Shown here: positions 37,401 to 49,800 of the stretch, one piece after another
How the letters are laid out: each line of letters starts with the position of its first letter
Numbering within the stretch: the stretch's first letter is position 1
Origin: Raillietiella orientalis
Taxonomy: Eukaryota
Direction: 5' to 3'
Assembly: GCA_036172245.1 (NCBI GenBank)
Contig: JAYWIR010000011.1
Coordinates: forward strand, 1,984,001 to 2,048,000
Length of the DNA stretch: 64,000 bases
Made by a program: the position numbers and the translations under genes
Notes under the pieces: model-generated
What the model saw: the letters and a program-made list of their open reading frames with translations, nothing else
The model's database searches: none
Told to the model about the DNA's origin: nothing

Positions 37401-40400
37401 AGCGGTGGTCCAGGCGGTGTCGCCTTCTTCACTTCTTCGAGCTCTGCAGAGTTGCAGGGAGGAAAGTATTTTGAGAGAGGCCAGAGCTGGAGACCAGGAG
37501 AGCCTTCCATCAGTGAGAGAGACCGCGACCTCTTCCGCACTCTGAAACGAGGATTCCGCCTCACGCTCTTCCGGGTTCCGAAAGCTGAGCTTCCGGAAGG
37601 CTTCGCTCGGACCTTGCCGCCCCATCAGAGGAGCTGGAGCTGGGAGCAGCTCGGACAGCTCGCAAATGGAACTGCGCTGACCCCGGTAGCGAGAGAGAGA
37701 GGGCTTTGGACCAGAGGGGGGCGAACCTCGAGACGAGACTGTGCCCTCCAGGAACGCAGGTCCACATCACGGAAGGACATGGTGATCTCGAGGCCGTTTC
37801 TTCGCGATAGTAACCCATCGGACGTCATAGAAACAGAGATGGGAACAGGAGAAAAGGGGAGGAGGGGGGGCATGGCAACGCTCGTCAGCGGGGCGTCGAC
37901 GTTTCCTTCCGATCATGGCGCAAGAGAACCCCCGGATAGTGGGAGGGCACGGCCAGATTCCGAAACCGCCGAGTTTCTCCTTCACTCCAGCCACCCACTG
38001 CTCGGATTTTCTCTTTTTTTTTCTTCTTCTTCTTCCCGTGTCGTCGTCGTTTTCCTCTTGTTCGATGGGGGAATCGCCCAGAGACTTCCTGTCTCGGGCG
38101 GCGTGCCCTCTCGCTCCTCGTTTGGAAAAGGACCGAGCGAAGGTGGTCCCGTTTTCCAGATTCGCAGATTGCATGTGAAGCATGGAAGGTGAGGGCCCCG
38201 TGAGGGTCCGATGATGCTCCGGACGCTTTCCGTAGCTGTCGCATATTCCGAACGCCCCTTTTCACCCCCACTTTCGAAAATTCGAAGGCTTGCAGGTCGC
38301 TGGTGGAACCGTGGAGTCCCATCCTCCTGCGGGACGAACTTTTCCTCTCTCCTGGCACCTGGAGAGCTCGCGCCCGATCGCGAGTTGCGCTCCGTCCACC
38401 GGGCGTTGCTACCCGTGGTGACGAAAGACAAACAGCCACCAATTTCCCATGAATACCAACTTGAGGTCTCGGGGGCGTCACAGCGATTCCGCTCGGCCGC
38501 TGCTGCTTGCCGCGACCCACAACCTTCCTCCGTTTTATGGAGATCGAAGGAACGTTGCATGGGATCGTTTAATAAGTCGTTACACTTATTCAATGAGGGA
38601 GGGATTTCGCATAGGCTCTTTCGTATGGGATCCGCAGCCTGGAAGTCTGCCGTGTCTGGCTGGAAACCTGGCGTCCACCTAATTAAGTCCACTTTCAACG
38701 AGCGAGCAACGCCAACGTTCCTCTAGAATGTGGCAAATTGCATCCAGCGCTTTATTATCGTGTTCCAGACTCAAGTACACCCAAAACTTGGAATGATTAA
38801 GACTATATTTTCGAGCAATAAAACAATTATCTTTTCAGTTCACTGTTTCCCTTTGTTACATAAGGTGCGTTTCCTTGGAAAATAGATGTCGTCCACAAAT
38901 TACGTACTCTTCTCTTTCATGAGATTACGCAGGCAGAGGAAAACATTCCTCCGTCTTCGCAGTGTACCCCTGGACAATCCAAGCCCTCAGCTGATCTCGG
39001 AATTTCCAAAGATCAAAATCGAAATCTATTTTTCTTTTTTTCTTCCTTTTTTTCGAAAGTGTAGCGGCAGAGGTCGTTTTGCCATCGATTCATGGATTCC
39101 GGAACCCGTGGTGGGAGATCGGATTAGTTGGTCACGCGTGATCGCGGCGACGATCCTGGCTCTTTTCCTTTTCCTGGAAACCCACCCGGTGGGTTGCTGC
39201 GATGCGTCCCACGGTCGCTCGCGGAAACGAGCCCGAAACTCTCAGCGGCGGCTCCACCACCCGTCGTTCGCGGCCGCTGGAAAGTGGCCGCTGCCGGCTG
39301 AGAGGTACGGAGCTGCCCCTCTCAACCTCCAGCCGCGCCATTGCTTCCACGCGGGGCGGCGGCCACCCCGCCCCGGCGAGCGACCGCGGTACCGAAAGCC
39401 AACGGAACCAACCATTCGCTCGGGAATGAGCATTTCCTTGCTGGTGCGTCGCCATGCATACGTGCGAGTGATGCAATGCCACCGAGGACGCTGCTGCTCC
39501 GGAGAATTCCGATTTCCTCCGGGGACCCCTCGGTTCTTGGGTTTCCAACGGCGCAGCTTCGGAAGGAGGAGGAAGAGGGGAGGGAAGGAGCCCGAAACGC
39601 AAGCAAGCGGCAAAGAAGCCGAACGAATTTCGAGATGCCCTCGAAATTCCACATTTCGACGTCCACGACGTGGTCTCGAAGCGCACCCTGCCGTGGGAAT
39701 TTCCGATTCTGAAATCCGTGAACGCCTCTTCACACCACCGCCAAGTCGTGCCCTCGGATGAATCGCCCTCAACCGCCTTCCGGATGCAAAAGGCTCCACG
39801 CGCTTTGCCAAAGAGCTTGTACTCTCTCCCTCGCAATCTTGAACTCCTCCGCCCACCCACTCGCAACTGGCGGTTCCTCCTTGTCTTCCGGGAGTCGCGC
39901 AACACCCCCCGCGGAATCGAGCAGGCCGCGTCCAAGAGGAAACCTCAAAAAGCATCCTCTAAAACGCTGTGCTTCCCAACGACTTTTCCTAAGACGGAAC
40001 ACTTCACAAGTCCTGAAATTATCAGCCTAATGCCTTGGTTATTTCATAGGGTAGTAGATATGAATAATAAATAAATTAATCAAGCGAATATAAGAGCCAA
40101 GAAAACAAAGCAAACATTTATTCTCAGATTTCAATTACGTAAAATTTTGACAATTTTTCCCGGAACACTTATCGGCTTTCCGGGGAGCACAGTTTGGGAA
40201 ACGCTGCTCTAAGGAGCTGGCAGAGGCTTCAGAGGGTGTTCGATGAAGTCCGTGCACCCGATGTGCTGGAACCTGGTCCCGACACCCCGGCATAGGCACC
40301 CCGGCGGATTCTGCCTGCCTCCGCGCGCTCGCCGACCACTGCGGAGACTGAAATTCCTGGCGCGTCGTCTGAAGAGCTTAGGGTTACTCGCAGCAGCCTC

Positions 40401-41069
40401 TGCTGCCCGTCCAAGGGAACGAAGCGTTGGTTTCCGAGAACCCTGCATCCTCCCATCGCCCGCCCAAAAATTCCTTCTCAAAAAGCAGCGCAAGAGCGAT
40501 GTCATTGGACCTCTCGGTGCGAAGCAAACAGCCGTCTGCGAGAAAAAGCGAACAGAATTCCGCTGAATTCTTAAAGTATACAAAAAAAGAAAGAATACGT
40601 ATGATATTCACGTCTGACGTCTTTGAAGTCTGCGCTGACGTCGTATCTCAGAGATGTCCTTTTTAGTCTTGTTGCTTGATTACTTTAAGAACCACTGATG
40701 ACTTCAAGTTTGTTTAACGAAGATTCAGCGTCCGAAAGGAAAAGAAGGGGGGAGGGGGAAAGGTTAGCATCCAAGCAACTAAAGAAAACTGAGGTGACGA
40801 AATGTGGGGATCATTTTTCCGTTGTCCACGATTGGGCAATGGACAGCCTGCGAGCACCGAGTGACGCATTTTTTTCTCCTTGTTCCCGAAAGAATCTTGC
40901 ATATCGCAGCGTTCCTCACACAGGAATTCACGGGGCGAAAGAATGCAAAAGCATGCCGGAGGGAGCAGGATGAGGTCACAAGGGAACTGGACGCCTCTCT
41001 CCGCAATACGGTCTCAGACCCGGAGACCCTCACAAGACGGGCGCAGGAGCGTGGGCCGCAGAGCGCTCA

Positions 41070-41800
41070 CGCTTTCGCCTCTTCGTGTGCCTTTCCGCCA
41101 GACCCGGTCCAAGCACTGAGCAGCCCCCACGTTTACAAGGGGTCCCCCAACCCTCCAATCACAAAGACAACCGCAGCTCTATGGGAACCGCGCGTTCACC
41201 GGACTGTGGGGGTCATCTGCCGATGGCTGTTCTCACGGCACGTTCTTCGTAGTTGAAAACGCCGTTTCGAGCGAAGCTCCGATGAGTGACGGCAAGGGAT
41301 TCTCACGCCTGATCTCTGAAAATGGGAGGAGTCTTCACATCCCTCCAAGCAACGCACGTCTTCGGGAAACCGGAGACGAGAGTGGCTCACCGGCCACCTG
41401 ACGAAGGCCGTAATTGCAGCAAACGGTAGAGGAATCGGACTTCATTCCACTCTCCTGTGGCTTCTGCGCCGTTCGCGGCTTACCCAGCGGAGCCACCATT
41501 TCCCATCCGTTGCTCCGTCGAAGAGCGGGAACCGTGGCGGCAGCAGGATAGTGGATGGAGTGGCGGCAACTGGCCGATGGATTCCTCGCCTCTCGGCGTG
41601 CGTGTGGCACAGCAGCCGCTTGCGCATGAGTCAGCCCCTTGGAGCTCCTGCAGGAAAGCCCTCGTTTCCTAAGCAACGCAGCCGAATAACTTCTCCGCGT
41701 TCGAAGTCTTTCCCTCCACGACGAGACCACACACCATCTGCGCGGATCGTTCCCGAAAGTTCAAGAGCCCTCAGATGATCATTAGAAATCAGTGATATAA
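41070..41800 (+). mobile_element. decayed LINE RT (domains 1-5)
   Basis: AFPPDPVQALSSPHVYKGS (~FPD.WK.A.V.PVYK.G), TVGVICRWL (~VGKIFE.L), SSDE*RQG (~SDEQ.GF), HLTKAV (~DLTKAFD), GAPAG (~GVPQG), ICADR (~YADD). Confidence 0.55.
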
Positions 41801-42559
41801 TAATTAAATGATGGATATCGATTGCTGAATGTTGTCCGCCGCATCTCTGCAGGAGCAATGTGACCACTGTAGGAGGGATCCATCCCTCCGAAGGAGTTAT
41901 CGCGAATCGCAACAGTGAAATCCTCTCCCTTGAAGGTAAGGCGGACCCTTGGTGGAATTTCTGCTTCCTGTTAAGCGAACAGGTGAACTTGACTGAGGCA
42001 TCCCCCCGAGCTTGGCCTTTCCCCGAGGCGCCGCGCGCGCGCGGCTATGGAGTGGCGGAAGAAGGAGACGGAAAGCGGAGTCGCGAGGTCAACCCACAGG
42101 CGGCAGCCTTCTTCGTCCCGTCCTCCACCCAGCCTCAGATGTCGAGTAGAGGGGAGTTTCGCTTTCTGAACCGAACTCGGACATCCCGCTGACAGCCCTG
42201 ACGAGGAAGCCTTCGGACGCCTCGTGGTCCCCACCATCGGCGCTTCCCATGCCGGGGCTCCTCACCCATCTGCCTTCTGGTGCGCTGGACTGGAAGCCCT
42301 CGCACTGGATCCTCCGAAAAGACCGAGGGGGCTCCGCAGAAATGGCGAGGAAACCGCCTGTGAGAGCGGGGAGCACTGGGAGTATCTCCAGGCTAGGCGT
42401 CGGGCAGCACCGAATGAGGTCCCTGAAACCGGCGTCTTCGCTCCTTCGACACTCCTCGCAATAGACGGTGCCGGCATCGCCTCGGGAGAGGCGAGAGTGA
42501 CCAGCAAATAATGGCGACATGGAGACTTGGGCTCGCGCTCCCGTGGCGGAGAAACCTCC

Positions 42560-43730
42560 AAAGGTCGGGAGAGCTGCAGCTCAGAAGGACGGCAAAGCGA
42601 GGGGGAAAGAGGAGGAGGAGGAAGGAACGACGCGAGTGGACCAAGCGTCCCCCGTCCCTGCGATTCGCCATTCGTGTCCTGGGCAACATCCTACGGGAGC
42701 TCGACGAGCAGAAGAGGGAAGGGGAGCGGATGGCAGCGTCGGCCCCAAGATCGTCGGCAAGTCGAGTTCCGCCGAGGTCGAGGCAAAGAGGTGCTTTTTG
42801 CCAGCCCTGGGAGGGAAGAGAGACGTCTGCGCGCGCGCCGACCCCCATCGCGCCCTCGAAAGCCGCGCACTCGACTCCACTTACCGGGGGAGTCGCTCGC
42901 TCTCGATGGCAGTGGTTGCCAGGGGCTACTGTAGCCTGAGAACCTCCACAAGCCACCAGTGCGGCTGATCTCCGGAGAGCGCCCACCGCAGGTGGCTCCC
43001 ACATGTTTCTCATCAGCAAGCTGGCTCGGCTTCTCCTGAGGGCTCATCCAAAATCGAAATGGATATCTGCAGCAAAGATTCTCGCCCGCCTTCGAGAGGG
43101 TTGCCTAGCAAAGTTTGAAGGATTCACACACTCTCCCGATGGTCGCCTCGGATGACGGCATACGGGAAGGCTCAGCCGTCCGGTCTCCCACAAGAGAATT
43201 CTTCCAGGCCTCTCACCAAATTCCCACCGGACCCAGTTCCCAGAGAAGGCGCTGCTCGGTAGGTCCTCTTCTTCCCCACCTTTCCCGCTCCTCCGGTTCC
43301 ACATCCGTCTCCAGGCGGAGCACTCTCGGACCGGAGATCTAAGAGCCGCCCCATGCGACGGATCCTGCGCACTCGATCCCTTTGGCCTCTCCCAGGCTGT
43401 TTTGTGTGCAGACGGAAGAGCACGATGGACCTCCGCATGAGCAGCAGAAGCTTTCCTGGGCCTCCTGCTCCACCACCCTCGCAATATATTCACCTGGAAG
43501 GCGAACAGAGGCGGGAGAAGTTTCGCAATACTTTGCGTCCCAATCTCATCAGCTGCCTTCCTCCCAAGATCCTAGAGAGAAGCCCCGACACCCTGTGGCA
43601 GGTCGATCCGCGCCTGCACGTGGGCGCGCAGTGCGTCACCACGCCAGGCATGCCGGCTCCGCGCTAAGAGGCGCGGACGGTGCCTCGACTGGCCTCCGCG
43701 AGGAGGCATGCACCGAGGTGGAAATGCAAA
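42560..43730 (+). mobile_element. decayed RTE-like LINE RT, ending at the inverted-repeat arm
   Basis: RVLGNILRE, QRGAF, ADLRRA..SHMFLISKLAR, KILARLREGCLAKF (~KILAKFGCP.KF), CSVGPLL, PAPPPSQYIHLEGEQRREKF (~PAP....I...G..L..V.KF). Confidence 0.55.
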
Positions 43731-45686
43731 CATTCTTGCAAGGCAAACAGCCAGCAGGAGCACGGATCGAAAGGTCGGGGGCGTACGAAAGTCAGCAGCT
43801 CCCTCGAGGCGCGTCGCCGGAGAGACCTAGCAGCTTTCTTTCCGGCGAGCATAGGAGCGGGTGTTGGCCGCGGGGTCCGCACGCGAAACACCACGAAACG
43901 TGTTCCCACCCTCCCCCACTCGACGGCAAGGCTGCTGGAGACTTCTCCCGGACACCGCCTCGCAGAGCAGAGCAACAGGACGCGTTGCAATAAAACACAG
44001 ATTGCCTGACGGCACTCCTGCTGACCGCTTGCCTTCTCCGGCTGTCCACCGCTGCCGCAAACGCACGCACACGCAGGGCCGGAAGAAGACTTTCGACAGT
44101 TGAGCCGGTTGGCAAGGGAAGGGAGATGCGGTGGCAAGAGTCGGACCAGCTCGCGGTCCCTCCACCCGCGGGAGCGAGGAGAAACCGAGCACTCCGCGAA
44201 GATGCAGCAGCGGAAGCTACGATCGGGGGAGGCGTCCCTAGCGGCACTCGCTGGAGCTTCGCAACGGCGAGAGCCGCTGAAGGTTTGTCTGGAAAGGTCG
44301 GGTGAGGCATGGCAAAGTCGCACCCTTTCGAGCTCCCGCTTCTTCCAGCTGACACCGAAGGAAGCAGACCTTCTCGGAGGACGATTCCCTCTGCGCGCGC
44401 CTGCGCGGCACCAGCGAGCTCACTTGCCGCTGCTGCACGCAGCGCTGTTCCGTGGGCGCACGCACGGCACCGACGGTGCGAGCACCCTGCGAAGCGCGCG
44501 AGCGCACGGCACCAGCCACATTGGAACTCGCCCTCCCCCTTCCGGAAACGCGAAGACGGCGCTTCGTTCCTGGACGGGAGTCGATCGACCCCCGTACTGA
44601 GCCGAGGCGCAGGCAGGCGGACGGACCGAGTCGCAGAACGTGCTCGCAGCTTCCCGCCCCTTCTTGCGAAGGAGGTTGCGAAGGAGGCCACGAAACCCGC
44701 GGAAGAAGGAGCGGAAGAAAGTTGCCTGCAGAGGGCGGCACGCACGTGCTCAGGTGGCTGCCAGCCGGGGGTGCGTGTCAGTGAGCCGAAGAGGGGATGC
44801 ATGCGCCAGCGGCAACCGCGAGAACGACGCCGACTGTGCGCGCGCCGCCGTCCGCTCGAAGGCGCACCGGCAGCGTGGCTCGAAGGCGCACCGGCGCGCG
44901 CGCGCGACGTCAACAGGAGCGGGAGATGGCCGGCCCACCGTGCGCTTTCTCCCTCACCCTCAGGAAGAGGCCGGGCGCCGTCGCGCGCGGCCGCCATCGG
45001 CTCTTCGGTGCGGCGAGGGCGACGGCGTTCCGCGAGAGTCGGCGGTCGGAGGAAGACGCTCGGAGCCAACTGCCGGAGAGGATGGGGCCTCCGGCGCTGC
45101 CGGGGCGTCTACGGGCCCTCGACGGGTGGACACCTCGAAGCTACCGGGTACGCACCTACCCAGCCGTGACTTTGGGCGGAGGCGAGCTGCGTTCGGCCCC
45201 GGCGGGCAACGCTGGACCTCAAGCGCGCAGCCCTGGCGCAACGGAGGAAGCCAGCTGGCGCCGAGGGGAAATGCTGAGGTGGTTCGAACGTCGCTAAAGA
45301 GCTCGCCTCGACGCGGGATGCCATTTCCACCCTTCCTTCCCCTCATTCTTGAGCGCCCTTCGCGGACCAGTCCCCGGGCAACCAGGACGGGTGGAGGAAG
45401 CGTCGCAGGCTGCGGGCAATCCTTGCCCCGAATCTTGCGAGGAATCGAACGGGGTCTGGGCGCACACGTCTCGAAGGGAGGCTCATGGGTGAGGTGCTGC
45501 AGGATGGCAACCCTCGATCACGATGTGCTCGGAAATAGGGTGATGGGATGGGGCTCGCTCGGAAGTTTCGATCGCAACCGCTGGAGTGCATCTGGCACTC
45601 CCTGCGTCTGCAAGCCGGGCAGGCTGAGGGCACGGAGGGAGGTGTCGTCGGCGCCAGCCGCGCGTTTCTCCCGGGGTGACCTGCGC
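43731..45686. repeat. long inverted repeat, right arm
   Basis: Reverse complement of 15222-17177, with a sharp inner boundary at cattcttgcaaggcaaac. Weak APE-endonuclease-like words on + (LLGGRF, SWTGVD). Confidence 0.97.
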
Positions 45687-45689
45687 TCC

Positions 45690-46103
45690 GGTCCCAAAAG
45701 AAGCGCCTTTTGCTGGCGCGAGGACGTGGGGCGTCGCCGCCACCGCGCCACCCCCCCGAAATTCCAAGAGGACGGAGAGGGAGGCACGCGGCGGCGGCAC
45801 CTTTTCTCGTGGAGGTCGCCGCGTTCCCGAGGGAGATGCAGCCGCCGAAACGGAGGAGGCAGTCCTGAGTATGGACCCTCCAGCTGCAGGAGGAGCTCGC
45901 ATAGGGTCCTTCGAGCAAGGCACTGAGTTGCCGAAAGCGGTGGGTCTCTCTTTCGCATCGGGGCTCCGTGATCCGTCGGCGTCCCATCGTCGGGAGAGAT
46001 GATAGCTCTTTTCCTCCTGCTCTCGCTGAAGCCTTGGAGGGATGGATGCCAGCATCAAAGCGAAGCGGTGAGGCGTCACGCCTCAAGTGGCGAAGACATC
46101 CCG
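45690..46103 (+). repeat. direct repeat, copy 2 (of 14351-14763)
   Basis: The identical translated segment MIALFLLLSLKPWRDGCQHQSEAVRRHA occurs in both copies. Confidence 0.92.
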
Positions 46104-46189
46104 ATGTCTTTCTCGGTAGAGATGTCGGAAAGGAGAGAAGCAGACCTACGGGCGCTCCCAACGTTTAGGACCTTTCGAACGATCCATTC

Positions 46190-46850
46190 TCATTCCATCT
46201 CCAACTTTTTTTCCCAGCCGGGATGGGGCTCCGAGACCACAGCGGAACGTTGCAGGCGTGGTCTCTCCTCGCAGCTGCGAGATGGTCAGGAACGGCGTAT
46301 GCAGCTTCCCGTTTTCGCCTCGCCTCAGCTCTCCAGCGCTGCCCCGAGCAGATGGAAGCATTCGCGATCTGCCAACGGCTGGCGCGGCTGTCGGTACACG
46401 AACACAGAATCCACGTTCTCTTGATATCTTGGTTTCCGTGCTTTGGATGATAAGATCGGTGCCGAAACTGCGGCGACTGGGCTGGTCCGCTGCTACTGGA
46501 GGCGGCGATAGCAGCAGCGTACTATACGATCTCTCATTGCCTTGGAGGCAGTCCTTCCTTTTGTTCTAAACTGACATCCGATCGATTCTTGAGGAGGCAA
46601 AGTATGACAAAGTATTCTTCATCCGATCATGGAAGCTTTGTGAGTCACCAGCGCAGCAAGGGGTGCTCCTTATCCGGAGAGGACGAAAATTGGATCCAAC
46701 ACAGAAGATGACGATTATCCTTTGTGTTTTTCGGCGGCGTCTCGGAGAAGGCACGTGTTTGTAGAATCGAACACGTTTGAGAGAAGAAAGGGGAATCTCC
46801 TCTGGTCCCAGATGCTGTTGAGCCCTCATCTTAATGATGCAACCTTAAGA
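46190..46850 (+). mobile_element. decayed RTE-like LINE RT (domains 1-4)
   Basis: RDHSGTLQAWSLLAAAR (~RSDCGNYRGISLLA.AG), CPEQMEAF (~LPE.Q.GF), EAL*VTS / QQGVLL (~EAF.VT.GV.QG). Confidence 0.45.
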
Positions 46851-49800
46851 GTGAAGGAAATGCAGCGTGACTGAGACGCTGCATTTTCCTTCTGTTAGAG
46901 TTATTTTATTTATTTTTTTGCAGCAGCAGCAGATTCATTGGGAAACGAAAAAGAATGGCCAAGGCACACTCTCGCAAGGAGGATTGAAGCCCGAAAGGAA
47001 TTCATATCTTGGTCGATGCCCTAAAACTTTCCGCTCTGAATCGACAAGAACACTTCGATCATTGAGAGCTACACTACACCACCGGCTCATCGAATCATTT
47101 CGTATTATCCCTTTTGGTCCGTCATCTCCATGAGTTTCCACGAGCAAGAGGTTAAAAGAGAGGATGCCTCCGCGAATCGTTCTACACATGTTGACATCAG
47201 CAGTTTGAAGGAAAAAAAAAAAAAAAAGAGTAGACAGTGCTGCAAAATAGTAGCAACAAAAAACAACAAGAAGAACAAACAAACAAGCAAAAGCCAAAAA
47301 CAAAAAAAAAAATCCTTCTGCTTTCCATCTTGTTATGGCGACATTCCGATTTTTTGGTTCGAAGTTTAGCGAAGGTCTGAAGAAAGGAAACGACCACCAC
47401 TCTCCTCTCCCCATTAGCATGACATCTCACTCACTTGACCTGTGTCACACTCCACACCTGCGAAATTAGTGCACTGCACGCTCACCTCAAGCAAAGCAAA
47501 GCAAAAAACAGAAGAGGAGCCGGAAACCGGAAGAGGAACTGGATTGCTGCGTCTTGTCTTCTGGGAACTCAGCAGATGCTCGTGAAAGTTTCGGTATTGA
47601 AAAGTTTGTTTGTTTGTTTGTTTGTTTTAATTTTTGCACCGAGTGTTGAGCCCAACCTCCCTTGTGCAACGTGTAGTACTCATCTACATCTGCATTTAAA
47701 ATTGCTGTTTTTCCTTCTGGTAATACCTCATAAAACAACCTTTTCTTAGCCTCAAAATATTTGTTGGTGTCTCCATGATGATCCAGATGATCTTGTGAGA
47801 AATGAGTAAGAGACGCAACAGTCAGCCTGAGTCCACGGATTCTGTACGGACCAATTCCGTGGCTGGCTTGGGACTTCCAATGCTAAGTGCTCCACGTTCT
47901 TATCATTTAGATGACGCATTGTGGAATAAAGGTCGTCTGCCCGTAAGACTGTTATCCTTTCTATTCATCATTGATGCACATTCCAAGCGTTCCAACAGAC
48001 GCAGCATTGTAGGTGGTGTTTCGGCGGTTTCACCACCGAAGTTTTACCGTTTCCACCTCCCACAGCAAAAACATACTCGGGCTGTTCGAATTGACAAAAC
48101 CTGCTGACTACCTCACTGTTTATTTCTTGGGGGGTTCTTTTTTGTCATCCAAGTAGCATGGCACTGGGATCCAGTAAGAAGGATATGGATTCCATTACCA
48201 CATGTTGCGTACTCTTCACTCCTTTCCAGCACACAAACAAAAGGAATTTCTTGCTCGCTTGCTCTTCCCTGTCGACGAAATGGTACATCATGGTGGAAGG
48301 AAAAAAAGTCGCTGGTTCACCATCTGAATAATCTGCGTCGGCATGTCGGTCGCTTGAGGCACTGATGATTTATCGCTTGGTTATGGCGTGTTTGTTTGGT
48401 TGATTGACCCACTGACATGGTTGTTTGTTTATAGCAGTATCAAATGTTGAACGTTCAAATGATGTGTTCACATCAGTTGCCGTGCGCTCCCACCGAGAAG
48501 CAATCACCCTGCAGTGCAGGCAGGGAACACGCGCGAACCTGGATTTTTCTTCCTTTTTTTCTTTCGAAAGCTCGACCTCGAATCTTCCGGTAAACAGAGA
48601 GAGCTCCGCCGGAGAAAACACCGTGCGCACCGTGGAGACCCACGATTTTGCCACGTCGGGGTCGACGTCCGAAGAATGCCGGGGTACTCCTCCAGACGAC
48701 TGGGAAAAACGCTAAGAAAAAGCTAAGATGCGAACGAGGAGCACGGGTCAGCTTCCGCTCTCGATTGAAAGGAAGTCATTTTGACACTCTATCCATTGAA
48801 AACTTTTCCGCAGCAACCGAGCCTAGGTGTTAAATTAAAGCTTTATATGTAACAAACATCATTCGGCTGGCAGCGGTCGGTGAAGCCAAGGGAAAACATC
48901 GTTATTGCCAAATTATCACGAATAGTGTTCCTGGAGCCGAGAGCATAAGATGACACAAGAGAAGCGTCTGATCTAGCCCAAGAGCTCAGTCGTCAGCAGC
49001 AGGCGTCGGTGGACAAAGAAAGAACGGCTGATGGAAAGAAAAGTATAGACACGAAGCCACGGATCCGGAAGCTGGATGGATCTGAAACACCAACCGCATT
49101 CTCTCACAAGGGCTGTACCGACCCTGATAGAAAAACTCGCACTTCGGTTTCATCCAAACGCAGTTCTCGAAGAGGAATGAACGGGAAAATCTATAAGAGC
49201 TTCGAAACCTTCGGCTTAAAGACGAACGAACTCTTCCAAGATCTGTGACTGCTTCCAAGAGTCTTGCTCTCCTCCTCATAGATGAAAGCGTGGGGGAACT
49301 GGCCAGTGCTTTCAGTTGTGTCCAAAATTCCGCCCAGGTACGGTTTTGGATCTCGCAGAGATTTGGACAGTCTGAATAGGTGCTGTAGCATTCCTCAGTT
49401 CTCGGAACTCTGGTCAGAGTCGTGCACGCTGCAACGAATAGTGCAATGACATAAGTGACCACATAATTATAGACACCGTGTGCGTTTTGAAGAGGGATAT
49501 CTCGAAGTCCACATTTTCAACTTTAATATAACAATAAATAACTAATTAGTAATGGCTAATGGGAAATGGCTGGAAATTCGACAAACCACTCCAAACAGGA
49601 AAGCCGAAATTTTGGAAAGTCCGATAGAAAGTACGCCGGCGGATTCGATTTCGGAAACGGACTGCGATCGGTTCGATCAAAAAACCATCCAAGGAAGGAA
49701 AAGGCACGAAGGACATGCCCCTCGAAAAGAAGCAGATCTCGATCGTCCTTTTGGATTCGGGAGACTCTGGGACTCTTGGGAGTTGAACGGAATGTTGTGT

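Noticed and set aside
15222..45686. Giant DNA transposon with 2-kb terminal inverted repeats
   Set aside because: I saw no transposase, polymerase or capsid genes and no clean outer termini or target-site duplication; the arms look LINE-derived.
48986..49462. hAT dimerisation-like ORF on minus
   Set aside because: The key S...ER.FS motif is absent.
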